Below are positions 29,009 through 38,326 of a DNA stretch of 64,000 bases, piece by piece. Location of the stretch: NCBI GenBank assembly GCA_965208905.1, contig OZ242365.1, forward strand, positions 320,001 through 384,000, written 5' to 3'. The DNA comes from Nitrosopumilaceae archaeon (GTDB taxonomy: Archaea; Thermoproteota; Nitrososphaeria; Nitrososphaerales; Nitrosopumilaceae). The position numbers and the translations under genes were made by a program. Every line of letters begins with the position of its first letter. The first letter of the stretch is position 1. The notes beneath the pieces were generated by a model. That model was not told the origin of the DNA and searched no databases. It was given only the letters and a program-made list of their open reading frames with translations.

Positions 29009-30292
29009 TTAAGATAGAAGGTTGTCTAGAGCGTCGTGTAGTTCATTGTTGGTTATCTGACCACCCTCATACAGTTCAAACAGTTCTGAGGCAGCACTTA
29101 TCATGTTGAGGAATGTCGACTGATCAATCTCATCGTCTTCATACATCTCATTTACAGTATCGATGTAATCTTCAATATCATCAGATACAGTATCACTAAC
29201 CCAAACGTTGGTGGGGCCTGTGTACACTGGTTCACCATCATATGTAACTTGTGAAAGGCCGTCAAGGCCTATGTTCTTTACCAAATCTGCAATGGGCACA
29301 TACAACAGTTGTGAGCTGTATTGTTGTCCATCGGTGATCATCCAAGCAATCATATCAGCTATTGCAGATGCATGCTCAAGGTTGTCGGCAGAGTCTTTCA
29401 GGTCAGGGTGAATTATGAGGTATGAAAAGCTGGTGATCGGATATGAATTAAAGCCGGGTGCGGCCAAAAGATCCACATCTCTCCAACTCTCCTCGGCGTT
29501 GGGTAGCCAAAATGCTGCAGAACCAGAAGCGGCACTAGCCGTATCAAGTGATGGGGGTACAAAGTTTGTGTGGTCACCATTCTGTAGATCTGCAACAGTC
29601 ATGTCATTCTGGAAGGCATATGCCAATGTAACATAGCCTATAGAGTTAGGTGTAGAGTTGATTGTTCCAGCTACACCCTCATTACCAGGAGAACCTAGTC
29701 CGCTAGGCCAGGGTACTGACTTTGCGGCACCAACTTGCTCATCCCATTCTGGACACACTTTAGTCAGATAGCTGGTAAAGGCAAATGTCGTACCTGAACC
29801 ATCTGAGCGGTGAACAGTCTGTATGGCGGCATTGGGTAGTTCAACACCGGGGTTGTCATCTTTGATCTCATCATCACTCCAATTTGTTATCTCACCCAAG
29901 AATATACCACATATGGCTTCCTCGGATATATTTAGTCCGCTACCAACGTTATCTACATTATACGCAACGGATATGGCGCCAACCATTTCAGGTATTGTGA
30001 TAGTACCAGGAGCTGCATCATATTCGGCATCAGTAAGTGGTGCATCGGTGGCGCCAAATTGGCCCAACTTATTTATGTGATCTTTAACTCCGCCTCCGCT
30101 TCCTATAGACTGGTAGTTGAACGCAATGTTCGGCTCTACCTCAGAGTATTGTACTCTCCACAAGTCCAAGAGTGGAAATGCAAAGGTGGCGCCAGATGCC
30201 TCAATTAGTGTTTGGGCAAAGGCGGACTGTGTAGAGGGTATAGCTGCAGTCAGTAAAACTGCTATGGTTGCTATTGCGATTATCTTTCTCAT
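29009..30292 (-). CDS. pstS: Phosphate ABC transporter substrate-binding protein
   Basis: SGATF, YQSIGSGGG, VHRSDGSGTT, YPITSFSY. Confidence 0.93.
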   Translation of the reverse strand: MRKIIAIATIAVLLTAAIPSTQSAFAQTLIEASGATFAFPLLDLWRVQYSEVEPNIAFNYQSIGSGGGVKDHINKLGQFGATDAPLTDAEYDAAPGTITIPEMVGAISVAYNVDNVGSGLNISEEAICGIFLGEITNWSDDEIKDDNPGVELPNAAIQTVHRSDGSGTTFAFTSYLTKVCPEWDEQVGAAKSVPWPSGLGSPGNEGVAGTINSTPNSIGYVTLAYAFQNDMTVADLQNGDHTNFVPPSLDTASAASGSAAFWLPNAEESWRDVDLLAAPGFNSYPITSFSYLIIHPDLKDSADNLEHASAIADMIAWMITDGQQYSSQLLYVPIADLVKNIGLDGLSQVTYDGEPVYTGPTNVWVSDTVSDDIEDYIDTVNEMYEDDEIDQSTFLNMISAASELFELYEGGQITNNELHDALDNLLS

Positions 30293-30376
30293 TATATCAG
30301 TTAGAAATATTGTGGTATAATCATAGATTGACTGTAGATTACAAAATATAATAACAAATCAGAGGGGTATAGACTA

Positions 30377-31021
30377 CTATATAGTGTTATTACTTGTGGT
30401 TACTCGGTTTACTTCGGCCGGTGTTGATGGTAGGCGGGCATTCACCGAATCCGATGCCACTGCGGCGGCTTCAGACATTATATTCTCAACATCCAAAGTC
30501 AACGAACTCGTATTAACATTGAACTCTATCTGGTTCTGAGTCTGTGACATGTAACTGCCCAACATCTCAGTCATCTCTGTTACCTCACCAGCAACACTTG
30601 GTAGAAATCCTCTCAGTGAAGACTTTAGATTCTTCATGAGTACAATTATGGGCTCTATGGTCACAGCCATATCTCCAATACCATCATACGCTACAAATCG
30701 GTGTTCTGTCTTCTCTATCATGATTCTCAGGCTCTGCATCATTCGTTTGGTTTCGCGTGCTTGTGCTAGTTCGTTGGCTAGTGTTTTGGCTTGATACATG
30801 TTTCCTGACTGTTTGGCTTTAGCTACATCCCTCAACATCTTTTGGTCGTGGTAATCCATCTTTGATATTATACCATCTAGTTTCGTCTTTTGAGATGCAA
30901 GTATGTGTGTACCTTCCCTTAGGCGTGGTTTGAGTGGTCCTTGATCATGTAATGAATCAGATATTTTGTCAGTTGTGCTAGGCTTATACGGCGGGTTCCA
31001 GCTATTCGTGAACTTTTCCAT
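30377..31021 (-). CDS. Snf7/CdvB (ESCRT-III) paralog
   Basis: Helical basic N-terminus, LANELAQAR, GDMAVTI, IMSEAAAVA. Confidence 0.75.
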   Translation of the reverse strand: MEKFTNSWNPPYKPSTTDKISDSLHDQGPLKPRLREGTHILASQKTKLDGIISKMDYHDQKMLRDVAKAKQSGNMYQAKTLANELAQARETKRMMQSLRIMIEKTEHRFVAYDGIGDMAVTIEPIIVLMKNLKSSLRGFLPSVAGEVTEMTEMLGSYMSQTQNQIEFNVNTSSLTLDVENIMSEAAAVASDSVNARLPSTPAEVNRVTTSNNTI

Positions 31022-31057
31022 ATATGGCTATCATATATTGAGTACTTAGGGAGGTTT

Positions 31058-31549
31058 GTGAAATTTTTTTTACTCTTTGGTCAAACCTCAGTTATAAAGG
31101 CCAAAGATCACGCATCTATAATGATGAGATACCTTTTATTTTCAGTACCAGTTATTGCAGTGGCCGTACTCTTGATATCTCTGGGAGTTAGTGGTGGCAA
31201 TGATGATGATACTCTATTTCATGTTACATTAGCAGGCTCTGCGCAGTACTCTGAAGGCGTATATACAGATGAGTTCACTCTGCCTTCAGGTGAACACATA
31301 TTACGATTTGTTCCCAACGGAGACAGTCCGCAATACTTGACCATAACTATAAGTGGTTCGGCTCTCTTGTTTGAGGAGCAGTTCAAGTTGAATGGAATCA
31401 TACATGACACTGGTATCTCTGAATATTACACATGGGAATATATCGGAGATAGTCAGGTAGTAATACCATCTGAGCAGCAAGTAAGAATAACCATAGACCC
31501 GCATGGCAATACAATGGGGCCGGTATCTGTAACTTTGATTAAGAATTAA
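31058..31549 (+). CDS. Exported hypothetical protein (true start probably near 31121)
   Basis: N-terminal TM; FVPNGDSP and YYTWEY conserved-looking motifs. Confidence 0.7.
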   Translation: MKFFLLFGQTSVIKAKDHASIMMRYLLFSVPVIAVAVLLISLGVSGGNDDDTLFHVTLAGSAQYSEGVYTDEFTLPSGEHILRFVPNGDSPQYLTITISGSALLFEEQFKLNGIIHDTGISEYYTWEYIGDSQVVIPSEQQVRITIDPHGNTMGPVSVTLIKN

Positions 31550-31551
31550 GG

Positions 31552-31632
31552 GCGCAACCCTGCGAAAGCCATGAGAGAGTCCTCTCAATGTCGGACGTAT
31601 CCGACGCACTACTACGCTTTGCAGGATTGCGC
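31552..31632 (-). ncRNA. Candidate structured non-coding RNA (three-way junction)
   Basis: GC-rich island with outer stem GCGCAATCCTGCAAAGC/GCTTTCGCAGGGTTGCGC enclosing hairpins GTCGGA-TACG-TCCGAC and TGAGAG-GACT-CTCTCA. Confidence 0.5.
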
Positions 31633-32057
31633 AGTTCTAGTCGATTGATATTACTATCATCGCCATCGTATTATACTATGAATATTAGTATTTAAGATTA
31701 GATATCAAATATAGTTTTTTAATTAGTTAAATATGTAAAAATCTCAAATTTTTGTATAAATTATTCAGAAATATAGCAAAACTACTCGAATTTCAAAAGA
31801 TTTAGTGCTGCTCTACACAGAATGCTCTACAGTATATGTAGATGCAACCTTGCAATATCATCAAATTTGTACAGTGTCTCGTCTTAGTACTAGACAGGGT
31901 AGTTTTATGTATACTGTATAATGAGTCCTGCCTTGACGGGTGATGTCAGCACAATATATCTTTAGGACCGTCACTGTTTCCCCATTTTGCCTTTATAGCA
32001 TCAGCTGAATTTACAATATTTCTCCTTTTAGTATATAAAGAACATAGTATTGTTTAT

Positions 32058-33477
32058 GGGAATTATATACCTGGGTAGACAAGGCTAGTTCTGGAGGGTA
32101 CATGTTTATAAAGTATTATGATGTATAAAACTACATGTATCGATCTTATGGCTTCCGCGTAAACCTGACGCGCTCTCAGGCGCGTCACATATCCAAAATA
32201 CGGGACTCACAGCGGTTCGTGTACAACTGGGCCGTGGAGCGGCTGCTTACTAACCCCACACTCACTACATATGACCTCTCCAGAGAGTTCACCAAGGTGA
32301 GGCGTTCCGTATCGTGGCTGCAAACAGTGGAGCGCATATACCAAAATACGGCCATCCATCAGGCCCGCACTGCTGCGGATGTCTCGAACAAATACGGCAA
32401 CGGCGAGCTGAGTTTCCGCGCCAGAAAGCGCGATAATAAAAAGGCAGTATCATGTGATGTACAGCCGCGATTTGTGGACAACAGGCACGCGTCATTGCCG
32501 GGCCTTGGTGTTGTTGAGTTGCCTGAGGAGCAGCCATATCAATTTCCACACAACTGGCTGTATGGCTCAAGGTCTTTCCATTTGGTGCAGGTTACACCAA
32601 AGTCGTGGGGGCACGTCAAGTCATGTGACCATATCTATCGGCTGCACATAACATATGACGTACCAGTACCCGAACGGCGCGCCAAGACCGGTGTTGTTGC
32701 CGGCATAGACAGGGGGATAACAAATCCAACGGTTGTCTGTAAGACAGACCACAACACTTCGTGTATAATATCGTATGACACGGCAACCGCATTCCGCACG
32801 AACCGTACATGGAATGATGGTGTGCGCCGTACCATATCACACCACAACAAGCATTCTCATACAACACACAAGATGAAACGCAAACGAGAAAAGTACAATC
32901 GTGGTAATGCGAATGACCGCGAGTATGCGGAGTGGCTTCTAGCCAAGAAGATATGCGAGGGCGTGGATGTAATATATGTCGAACAGCTCAACCTTGAGGC
33001 CATGAGCAGGCGCGGTGGTAGGCACAAGAAAGGTCTGAACAGGGGAATGAGGTTTATTCGGCATTATGCAATATTGCGAAAGATCCGCACCATCGCAGAG
33101 CGGCTGGGCATCCGTGTAGTAGAGGTAAGTCCAAAGCACACAAGCCAGGAGTGCAGTGTGTGCGGCTACACAAACAAGGAGAACCGAGACGGGGAGATGT
33201 TCAAGTGTCTCAAATGTGACCACGTGGCAAACGCCGACGGCAATGCGTCGGTGAATATGATTCAACGGGGGACCGGTATGAAGGTTCCCGCGGGGGAAGG
33301 AATGGCCCTCGAAAGGCGTGAAATGGGCCGGACCCGGAAGCCACCTGTTTGTGCAGTTCCGGACGCCAGACGGCGGCGTGAGAATCAAGCGTGCAATCGA
33401 CCCAAAACATCAAGCGTCATGAAGCACCTGGGAATGTACGCGTATGTTACGCGTGCATACCCAGGTATATAATTCCC
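32058..33477 (+). mobile_element. TnpB element C: 20-bp perfect TIR and 8-bp TSD (7/8)
   Basis: TIR GGGAATTATATACCTGGGTA at 32058-32077 and its inverse at 33458-33477. Flanks TTGTTTAT (32050-32057) and TTGTTCAT (33478-33485). Confidence 0.9.
32135..33472 (+). CDS. tnpB: TnpB-like RNA-guided endonuclease (445 aa)
   Basis: QRFVYNWA, AGIDRGIT / IYVEQLN / NADGNASVNM, CSVC...CLKC. Stop codon lies in the right TIR. Confidence 0.92.
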   Translation: MYRSYGFRVNLTRSQARHISKIRDSQRFVYNWAVERLLTNPTLTTYDLSREFTKVRRSVSWLQTVERIYQNTAIHQARTAADVSNKYGNGELSFRARKRDNKKAVSCDVQPRFVDNRHASLPGLGVVELPEEQPYQFPHNWLYGSRSFHLVQVTPKSWGHVKSCDHIYRLHITYDVPVPERRAKTGVVAGIDRGITNPTVVCKTDHNTSCIISYDTATAFRTNRTWNDGVRRTISHHNKHSHTTHKMKRKREKYNRGNANDREYAEWLLAKKICEGVDVIYVEQLNLEAMSRRGGRHKKGLNRGMRFIRHYAILRKIRTIAERLGIRVVEVSPKHTSQECSVCGYTNKENRDGEMFKCLKCDHVANADGNASVNMIQRGTGMKVPAGEGMALERREMGRTRKPPVCAVPDARRRRENQACNRPKTSSVMKHLGMYAYVTRAYPGI

Positions 33478-33560
33478 TTGTTCATGAAACAGTTGTTCCA
33501 CACAGGCGTAAAGAAGTGTTTCATAACACTCCTCTTAATACCTCTTGATGTATACTCAGT

Positions 33561-33848
33561 ATGGTAAAGAAACAGTACAGGTCCGAGATTGGAATAGTCG
33601 GAGACATACTTGATGTTACAGCAGATGCAGGGAGAGATGGTGCCCTAGTTTCAGAGATTACAAGATGCGCCAACCTCTCACACTATGTAACTCTAGCAAA
33701 ATGTGACAAACTGGTTAGTGCTGGCTTGGTAAAGCCAGACAGAAATGGACGTAGTCGTGTATTTCTGATAACTGACAAGGGTCGACAGTTTATCCATGAG
33801 TTAGAGAGATTTCGTATCACCGCCCAAGGCCTTAATTTGAGGTTTTGA
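33561..33848 (+). CDS. Winged-helix DNA-binding protein
   Basis: YRSEIGIVGDIL...ANLSH...ITDKGRQF. Confidence 0.85.
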   Translation: MVKKQYRSEIGIVGDILDVTADAGRDGALVSEITRCANLSHYVTLAKCDKLVSAGLVKPDRNGRSRVFLITDKGRQFIHELERFRITAQGLNLRF

Positions 33849-33916
33849 TATGTCTGCGCAGGCTGTCGTATGTGTAACGACAAACTTTGATCTAGGGAAT
33901 AGTTTTTGTAACAATC

Positions 33917-34885
33917 ATGTTAATATCATACCTGATGCTGTCCTTGAAAGTTGTTTTTATTGTGGTGATTGTTTGCAGTGTAATGGGTATGGCATATGGC
34001 TCAACCCAGACAATGAGTGTGGAGGTGTATTCGGATGGTCTTGCCCACATATCCACATACATAACACCAGAAGAGGAGAGTCCAGCCTTGAATATCGCCC
34101 TTTTAGGTTCGGAGATAGACAACTTTATAGCAATGGGACAGAACGACGTATTGCTGGCCGCCGAGGTTGCGGGGGATTCAGCTTTGCTTAACACATTCGA
34201 CTCGGGTACTGTATCTGTAAAGTATGATGTGCATGATCTGATATCCAAAGATGGGCGTGTCTGGACTTTTGCTCTCAACTCTACCATAAAATATACGCTG
34301 ATAATGCCCAGTGGGGCGGTCATTGTGGGGATGAACATCATACCAATATCATTAGATATGATAGATGGAAAGACGCATCTAGAGTTACCATCAGGAGATG
34401 CGGTAATAACATACATTCTTAGCGCAGTCCGAGACTCTGTTGAGTCTGACATGAGTTCTGATAATACATCTGAGGATAGCACAGTATTATGGGTGTTGAT
34501 TGCTTTTGGTGCTGTGGGCGCTTTTATAGCTGTATGGTACTACAAGAGGCCTGCTGCAGGTGTACAAGTCAATGATACCACACCAGAGAAGACCAGAGAA
34601 ATGTATATGTCTGAAGGTGTACAAGTCAATGATACCACACCCACGCCTGAGAGTATCTTTGAGCGCATACCTGATTTGAGGGAGGATGATAAGGAGATAG
34701 TTAGGTATCTCTTTCAAAATGGCGGAGAAGCATCCGAGAGTAGTATTCGTAAAAAGTTCCTACAACCGCGCACCACTATGTGGAGGACGATAAAAAGATT
34801 AGAGAGGGTTGGAGCCGTCAGTGTCGTAAAAAAGGACTCTCTTAATGTTGTAAGATTAAAGTCTAATTCGGAGGTCGTACCATGA
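33917..34885 (+). CDS. Membrane-anchored protein with C-terminal winged HTH
   Basis: Signal peptide, TM near residue 190, C-terminal PRTTMWRTIKRLERVG. Confidence 0.75.
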   Translation: MLISYLMLSLKVVFIVVIVCSVMGMAYGSTQTMSVEVYSDGLAHISTYITPEEESPALNIALLGSEIDNFIAMGQNDVLLAAEVAGDSALLNTFDSGTVSVKYDVHDLISKDGRVWTFALNSTIKYTLIMPSGAVIVGMNIIPISLDMIDGKTHLELPSGDAVITYILSAVRDSVESDMSSDNTSEDSTVLWVLIAFGAVGAFIAVWYYKRPAAGVQVNDTTPEKTREMYMSEGVQVNDTTPTPESIFERIPDLREDDKEIVRYLFQNGGEASESSIRKKFLQPRTTMWRTIKRLERVGAVSVVKKDSLNVVRLKSNSEVVP

Positions 34886-35838
34886 TTATACCAACACTGG
34901 TAGTTACGGTTTTGGTGGCAGTTCTAATACCCATGGCCAGTGCGGAGACGGAGACTGAGACTGACCCGGCAATACTACATAAACTGGCAACGGAGGCGCA
35001 GATTCACGTTGAGGAGCAGATACAAGAGTCTGATGCGCCTCAGGTGTGGAATCTTTTGAACAATGGTACTGCACATGTAAATTTTATACTCAATGCTACA
35101 ACCGTTGAGGAGTCATCAGATCATTTTCTAGCTGCCATGGAGGCGTTTAGACAGGCAGTCGAGATAATGGGGAAGGATACGCCTATTGAGGATATATCTG
35201 ACTATTCAGAGAGGCTTGAAAGAGATGCTCGATACTTTGAGCAGTTGTTGTACCTGGTCGACGCATACGACATGAGTATAGATGTAGCAGAGCTAGAAGG
35301 CCTGTTTAGTACGGCCAGAGCCATGCTGCAAGATAATGATGGGGACGTTGAAGAGGTGCTAGACAGTATAGCATTAGGTATTGAGAGTCTGCGGGAAGAG
35401 ATAACAGTAGTTGCCACAGAGAAGGAACAAGAACGCGCCATTCAATACGCCCAGGAGTATCTGATTCAGCTGGACAGGTTTTTGGAGGTCGCCGATGACT
35501 CGGACATACCAGATGATGTTATAGAAGAGATACAGGCATTGCGTAGTAAATTAGAGGAGGCCACACAGTCCGATGTCATTGTATCTATAATACTAGAGAT
35601 AATATCCATAAAGGAGGGCTTAAGTTTGGATACTGTTGATCAGTTACAGTTATGGGGCCTGCAACTTGAGGATACTGTCAGGCAATTTTGGATAGATGAC
35701 AAAATAGATGATGCCGAATATACATCGGCTTTAGTGACACTAGAAAAGTGCCGATTCTTTTTGGATATAGAAGAGATAGATGAGGCCGAAACGCTACTAG
35801 ATGAGTTGAACAACTGGCTTGTGGATATAGAAGGTTAG
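34882..35838 (+). CDS. Acidic exported helical hypothetical protein
   Basis: Signal peptide; Glu/Asp-rich. Confidence 0.7.
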   Translation: MIIPTLVVTVLVAVLIPMASAETETETDPAILHKLATEAQIHVEEQIQESDAPQVWNLLNNGTAHVNFILNATTVEESSDHFLAAMEAFRQAVEIMGKDTPIEDISDYSERLERDARYFEQLLYLVDAYDMSIDVAELEGLFSTARAMLQDNDGDVEEVLDSIALGIESLREEITVVATEKEQERAIQYAQEYLIQLDRFLEVADDSDIPDDVIEEIQALRSKLEEATQSDVIVSIILEIISIKEGLSLDTVDQLQLWGLQLEDTVRQFWIDDKIDDAEYTSALVTLEKCRFFLDIEEIDEAETLLDELNNWLVDIEG

Positions 35839-35885
35839 TGGTGAGCAGACCAAAAATTCATATATTTTCCAATTGTGTCAACTTT

Positions 35886-36080
35886 ATGGCATCTAGGGCT
35901 ATTACAGTTGGGGTAGGAATACCCATGATTGTGGTGGGCGCCCTTATGGCAGTATTATGGGCTCCGTTGGAGGGGGATATACAGCCAACAGTTGAGTTTG
36001 TAGGTAGTCTGATTGGAATATTAGGGGTGGTCTTTTTCATATCTGGACTCTTTTACACAAAAGAGCCGGTACTACATTAG
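35886..36080 (+). CDS. Small membrane protein
   Basis: MASRAITVGVGIPM..., 2 TM. Confidence 0.65.
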   Translation: MASRAITVGVGIPMIVVGALMAVLWAPLEGDIQPTVEFVGSLIGILGVVFFISGLFYTKEPVLH

Positions 36081-36105
36081 ATATAATGAGACGTTTGTAT
36101 GATGT

Positions 36106-36828
36106 GTGGGAGACATGAGTGTTCGCGTATTTGAGGTGTTTACATCGATTGAGGGTGAGGGTATATTGTGTGGAACAAAGACACTCTTCTTTAGGCTGGC
36201 TGGTTGTCCGTTCTCGTGTTTTTACTGTGACACTACTGAGGCACTGCCTGCTGACTCGGGGGTTGAGTATTCACTGCATGATGCGCAGGTTTTGATAGAC
36301 AAAAATCTACAAGAACACACCCATAAAGTAAATTTTACAGGTGGAGATCCTTTAATACAGTATAAATCCGTGGCATTACTAGCCAAATATGTTCAGACGT
36401 TGGGAGTATTCACATATCTGGAATCCGCGTGTTTTGATTCAAAACGATTCGCTCATGTGCTACCTTACTTTGACTACATCAAGATAGAGTTCAAGACTCC
36501 GGATTCAGAATTTGTTAAATCGCATAATTATAGCACGGTATATGAAAATATGTTACAGTGTTTGGCCAAGTCGGTTCAGTCTGATAAAACCACCTATATC
36601 AAAGTGGTGGTGAGTAGTCGTACCACTTTAGAGTACATGCAAAGGCTCATTCAGGACATATGTGGTGTTGCAACCCCGCAGGAGTTATCTGGATTTATTA
36701 TACAGCCAACGTATGGTGTTGAAGAGCCATCATTAGGTAGTCTATTAGAGATGTATGATACAATACATACAAGATACTCGGATGTTAGAGTAGTGCCCCA
36801 ATTGCACAAGTATTTAGGCGCTCCATAA
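36106..36828 (+). CDS. queE: 7-carboxy-7-deazaguanine synthase (radical SAM)
   Basis: FTSIEGEG, CPFSCFYCDT, TGGDP, PQLHK. Confidence 0.92.
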   Translation: MGDMSVRVFEVFTSIEGEGILCGTKTLFFRLAGCPFSCFYCDTTEALPADSGVEYSLHDAQVLIDKNLQEHTHKVNFTGGDPLIQYKSVALLAKYVQTLGVFTYLESACFDSKRFAHVLPYFDYIKIEFKTPDSEFVKSHNYSTVYENMLQCLAKSVQSDKTTYIKVVVSSRTTLEYMQRLIQDICGVATPQELSGFIIQPTYGVEEPSLGSLLEMYDTIHTRYSDVRVVPQLHKYLGAP

Positions 36829-36894
36829 CATTTGTGTTCTAACTTTTTGTTATCATGCGCACGGTTCAAATAACACAGTACAATATTATATTAC

Positions 36895-37449
36895 ATGGAT
36901 AGCGAGAGAGTACAAAAACTTGTTCGAGAGTTGATAATAGAGATAGGTGAGGACCCCACACGTGAGGGGCTTCGGGACACCCCTGCAAGAATAGCAAATA
37001 TGTATAAGGAGATATTTGCAGGATATGATGCCCCATCTGAATTGGAGGTACAGTTCTGTGAAGATTCAGATGTCGTAGTGGTCCGGGACATACAGTTCTA
37101 CTCAATGTGTGAACATCATATGATGCCATTTTATGGTAAGGTCAGCATCGCATACTCCCCCAATGGCCGAGTCTTTGGAATATCAAAGTTGGTGCGCGTA
37201 GTAGAAAAGTATGCAAAACGTCTCCAGATACAGGAGCGACTCACAAAAAATGTTGCAGACGAGTTATACTCCCGAGGAGTCCGGGGTGTGGCAGTATTTG
37301 CTGATGCCGAGCATCTCTGTATGAAGATGCGGGGTGTGCGCAGCCATGCCAAAGTGACTTCGGCTGCATATCGTGGAATATTTGAGAGTCGTGAGGAGAA
37401 GGATGCCATCCTCTCAATGGTGCGTCGCCGTGCCGCGGATCCCGTTTGA
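36895..37449 (+). CDS. folE: GTP cyclohydrolase I
   Basis: REGLRDTPAR, SMCEHH, LQIQERLT, HLCMKMRGV. Confidence 0.95.
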   Translation: MDSERVQKLVRELIIEIGEDPTREGLRDTPARIANMYKEIFAGYDAPSELEVQFCEDSDVVVVRDIQFYSMCEHHMMPFYGKVSIAYSPNGRVFGISKLVRVVEKYAKRLQIQERLTKNVADELYSRGVRGVAVFADAEHLCMKMRGVRSHAKVTSAAYRGIFESREEKDAILSMVRRRAADPV

Positions 37450-37584
37450 GTGTCTTCGGGTAGATCCAGTATTGTAAATTCTACTAAAATTATAACTTTC
37501 ATGGTCCGACTTCGGCACAAGTCCTCCTCCGCACAAGTTTGGGGGTTCAAGTAAACATTTTTAGAGACCAAAATTGCACGCAAC

Positions 37585-38325
37585 GTGTTGACTGATAAAG
37601 TTGCCATAGTCACTGGTGCCAGTAGTGGTATTGGTCGTGCTACAGCTCAAAGTCTGGCAAAGAAAGGAGTTCGAGTAGTCTTGGGAGCTAGAAGGCGTGA
37701 TAGACTAGATGAGTTGGTGTCTGAGATTCAAAGTGTTGGAGGTCAGGCCTTATCGTTTGTAACTGATGTTGCGCAACGACAGAGTTGTGAGGATTTAATA
37801 CGGTACGCCATAGAACAGTGGGGCCGTATAGACATCTTAGTGAACAATGCTGGCCTTATGCCTCTCAGTTTCATAAAGAATCTACATGTAGACGAATGGG
37901 ATAGGATGATTGATGTAAACATCAAGGGTGTGCTGTATTGTACGGCTGCCGCCTTACCCCACATGCTAACTGCAAAGTCCGGTCACATAATCAACGTCTC
38001 GTCAGTTGCGGGCCGCATAGTGTTTCCGGCCGGCAGTGTTTACTGCGCAACAAAGCATGCGGTTACAGCCTTTAGTGAAGGGTTACGACAAGAGTTAAGC
38101 ACACGAAAGAATATTCGGGTGACATGTATTGAACCGGGGGTTGTTGCGACCGAGCTTACCAGTACAATAACAGATGAGTCGCTACAGGAATATGTTGAGG
38201 GCGCAAAGAAGATGGCGGCCTTACAGTCTCAAGATATAGCAGATGCTATACTATATGCAGTATTCTCACCCAATCACGTTAATGTCAACGAGATACTAAT
38301 TCGCCCCACCGCTCAGGAGCGATAG
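37585..38325 (+). CDS. Short-chain dehydrogenase/reductase
   Basis: TGASSGIG, NNAG, YCATK. Confidence 0.92.
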   Translation: MLTDKVAIVTGASSGIGRATAQSLAKKGVRVVLGARRRDRLDELVSEIQSVGGQALSFVTDVAQRQSCEDLIRYAIEQWGRIDILVNNAGLMPLSFIKNLHVDEWDRMIDVNIKGVLYCTAAALPHMLTAKSGHIINVSSVAGRIVFPAGSVYCATKHAVTAFSEGLRQELSTRKNIRVTCIEPGVVATELTSTITDESLQEYVEGAKKMAALQSQDIADAILYAVFSPNHVNVNEILIRPTAQER

Positions 38326-38326
38326 A

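Noticed and set aside
34558-34641. 27-bp direct repeat AGGTGTACAAGTCAATGATACCACACC (GVQVNDTTP twice)
   Set aside because: In-frame duplication in a protein linker; only two copies, not an array or a TSD.
37500-37550. GC-rich stretch GTCCTCCTCCGCACAAGTTTGGGGG weakly like TIR A
   Set aside because: Similarity is too low and there is no second end or TnpB remnant.
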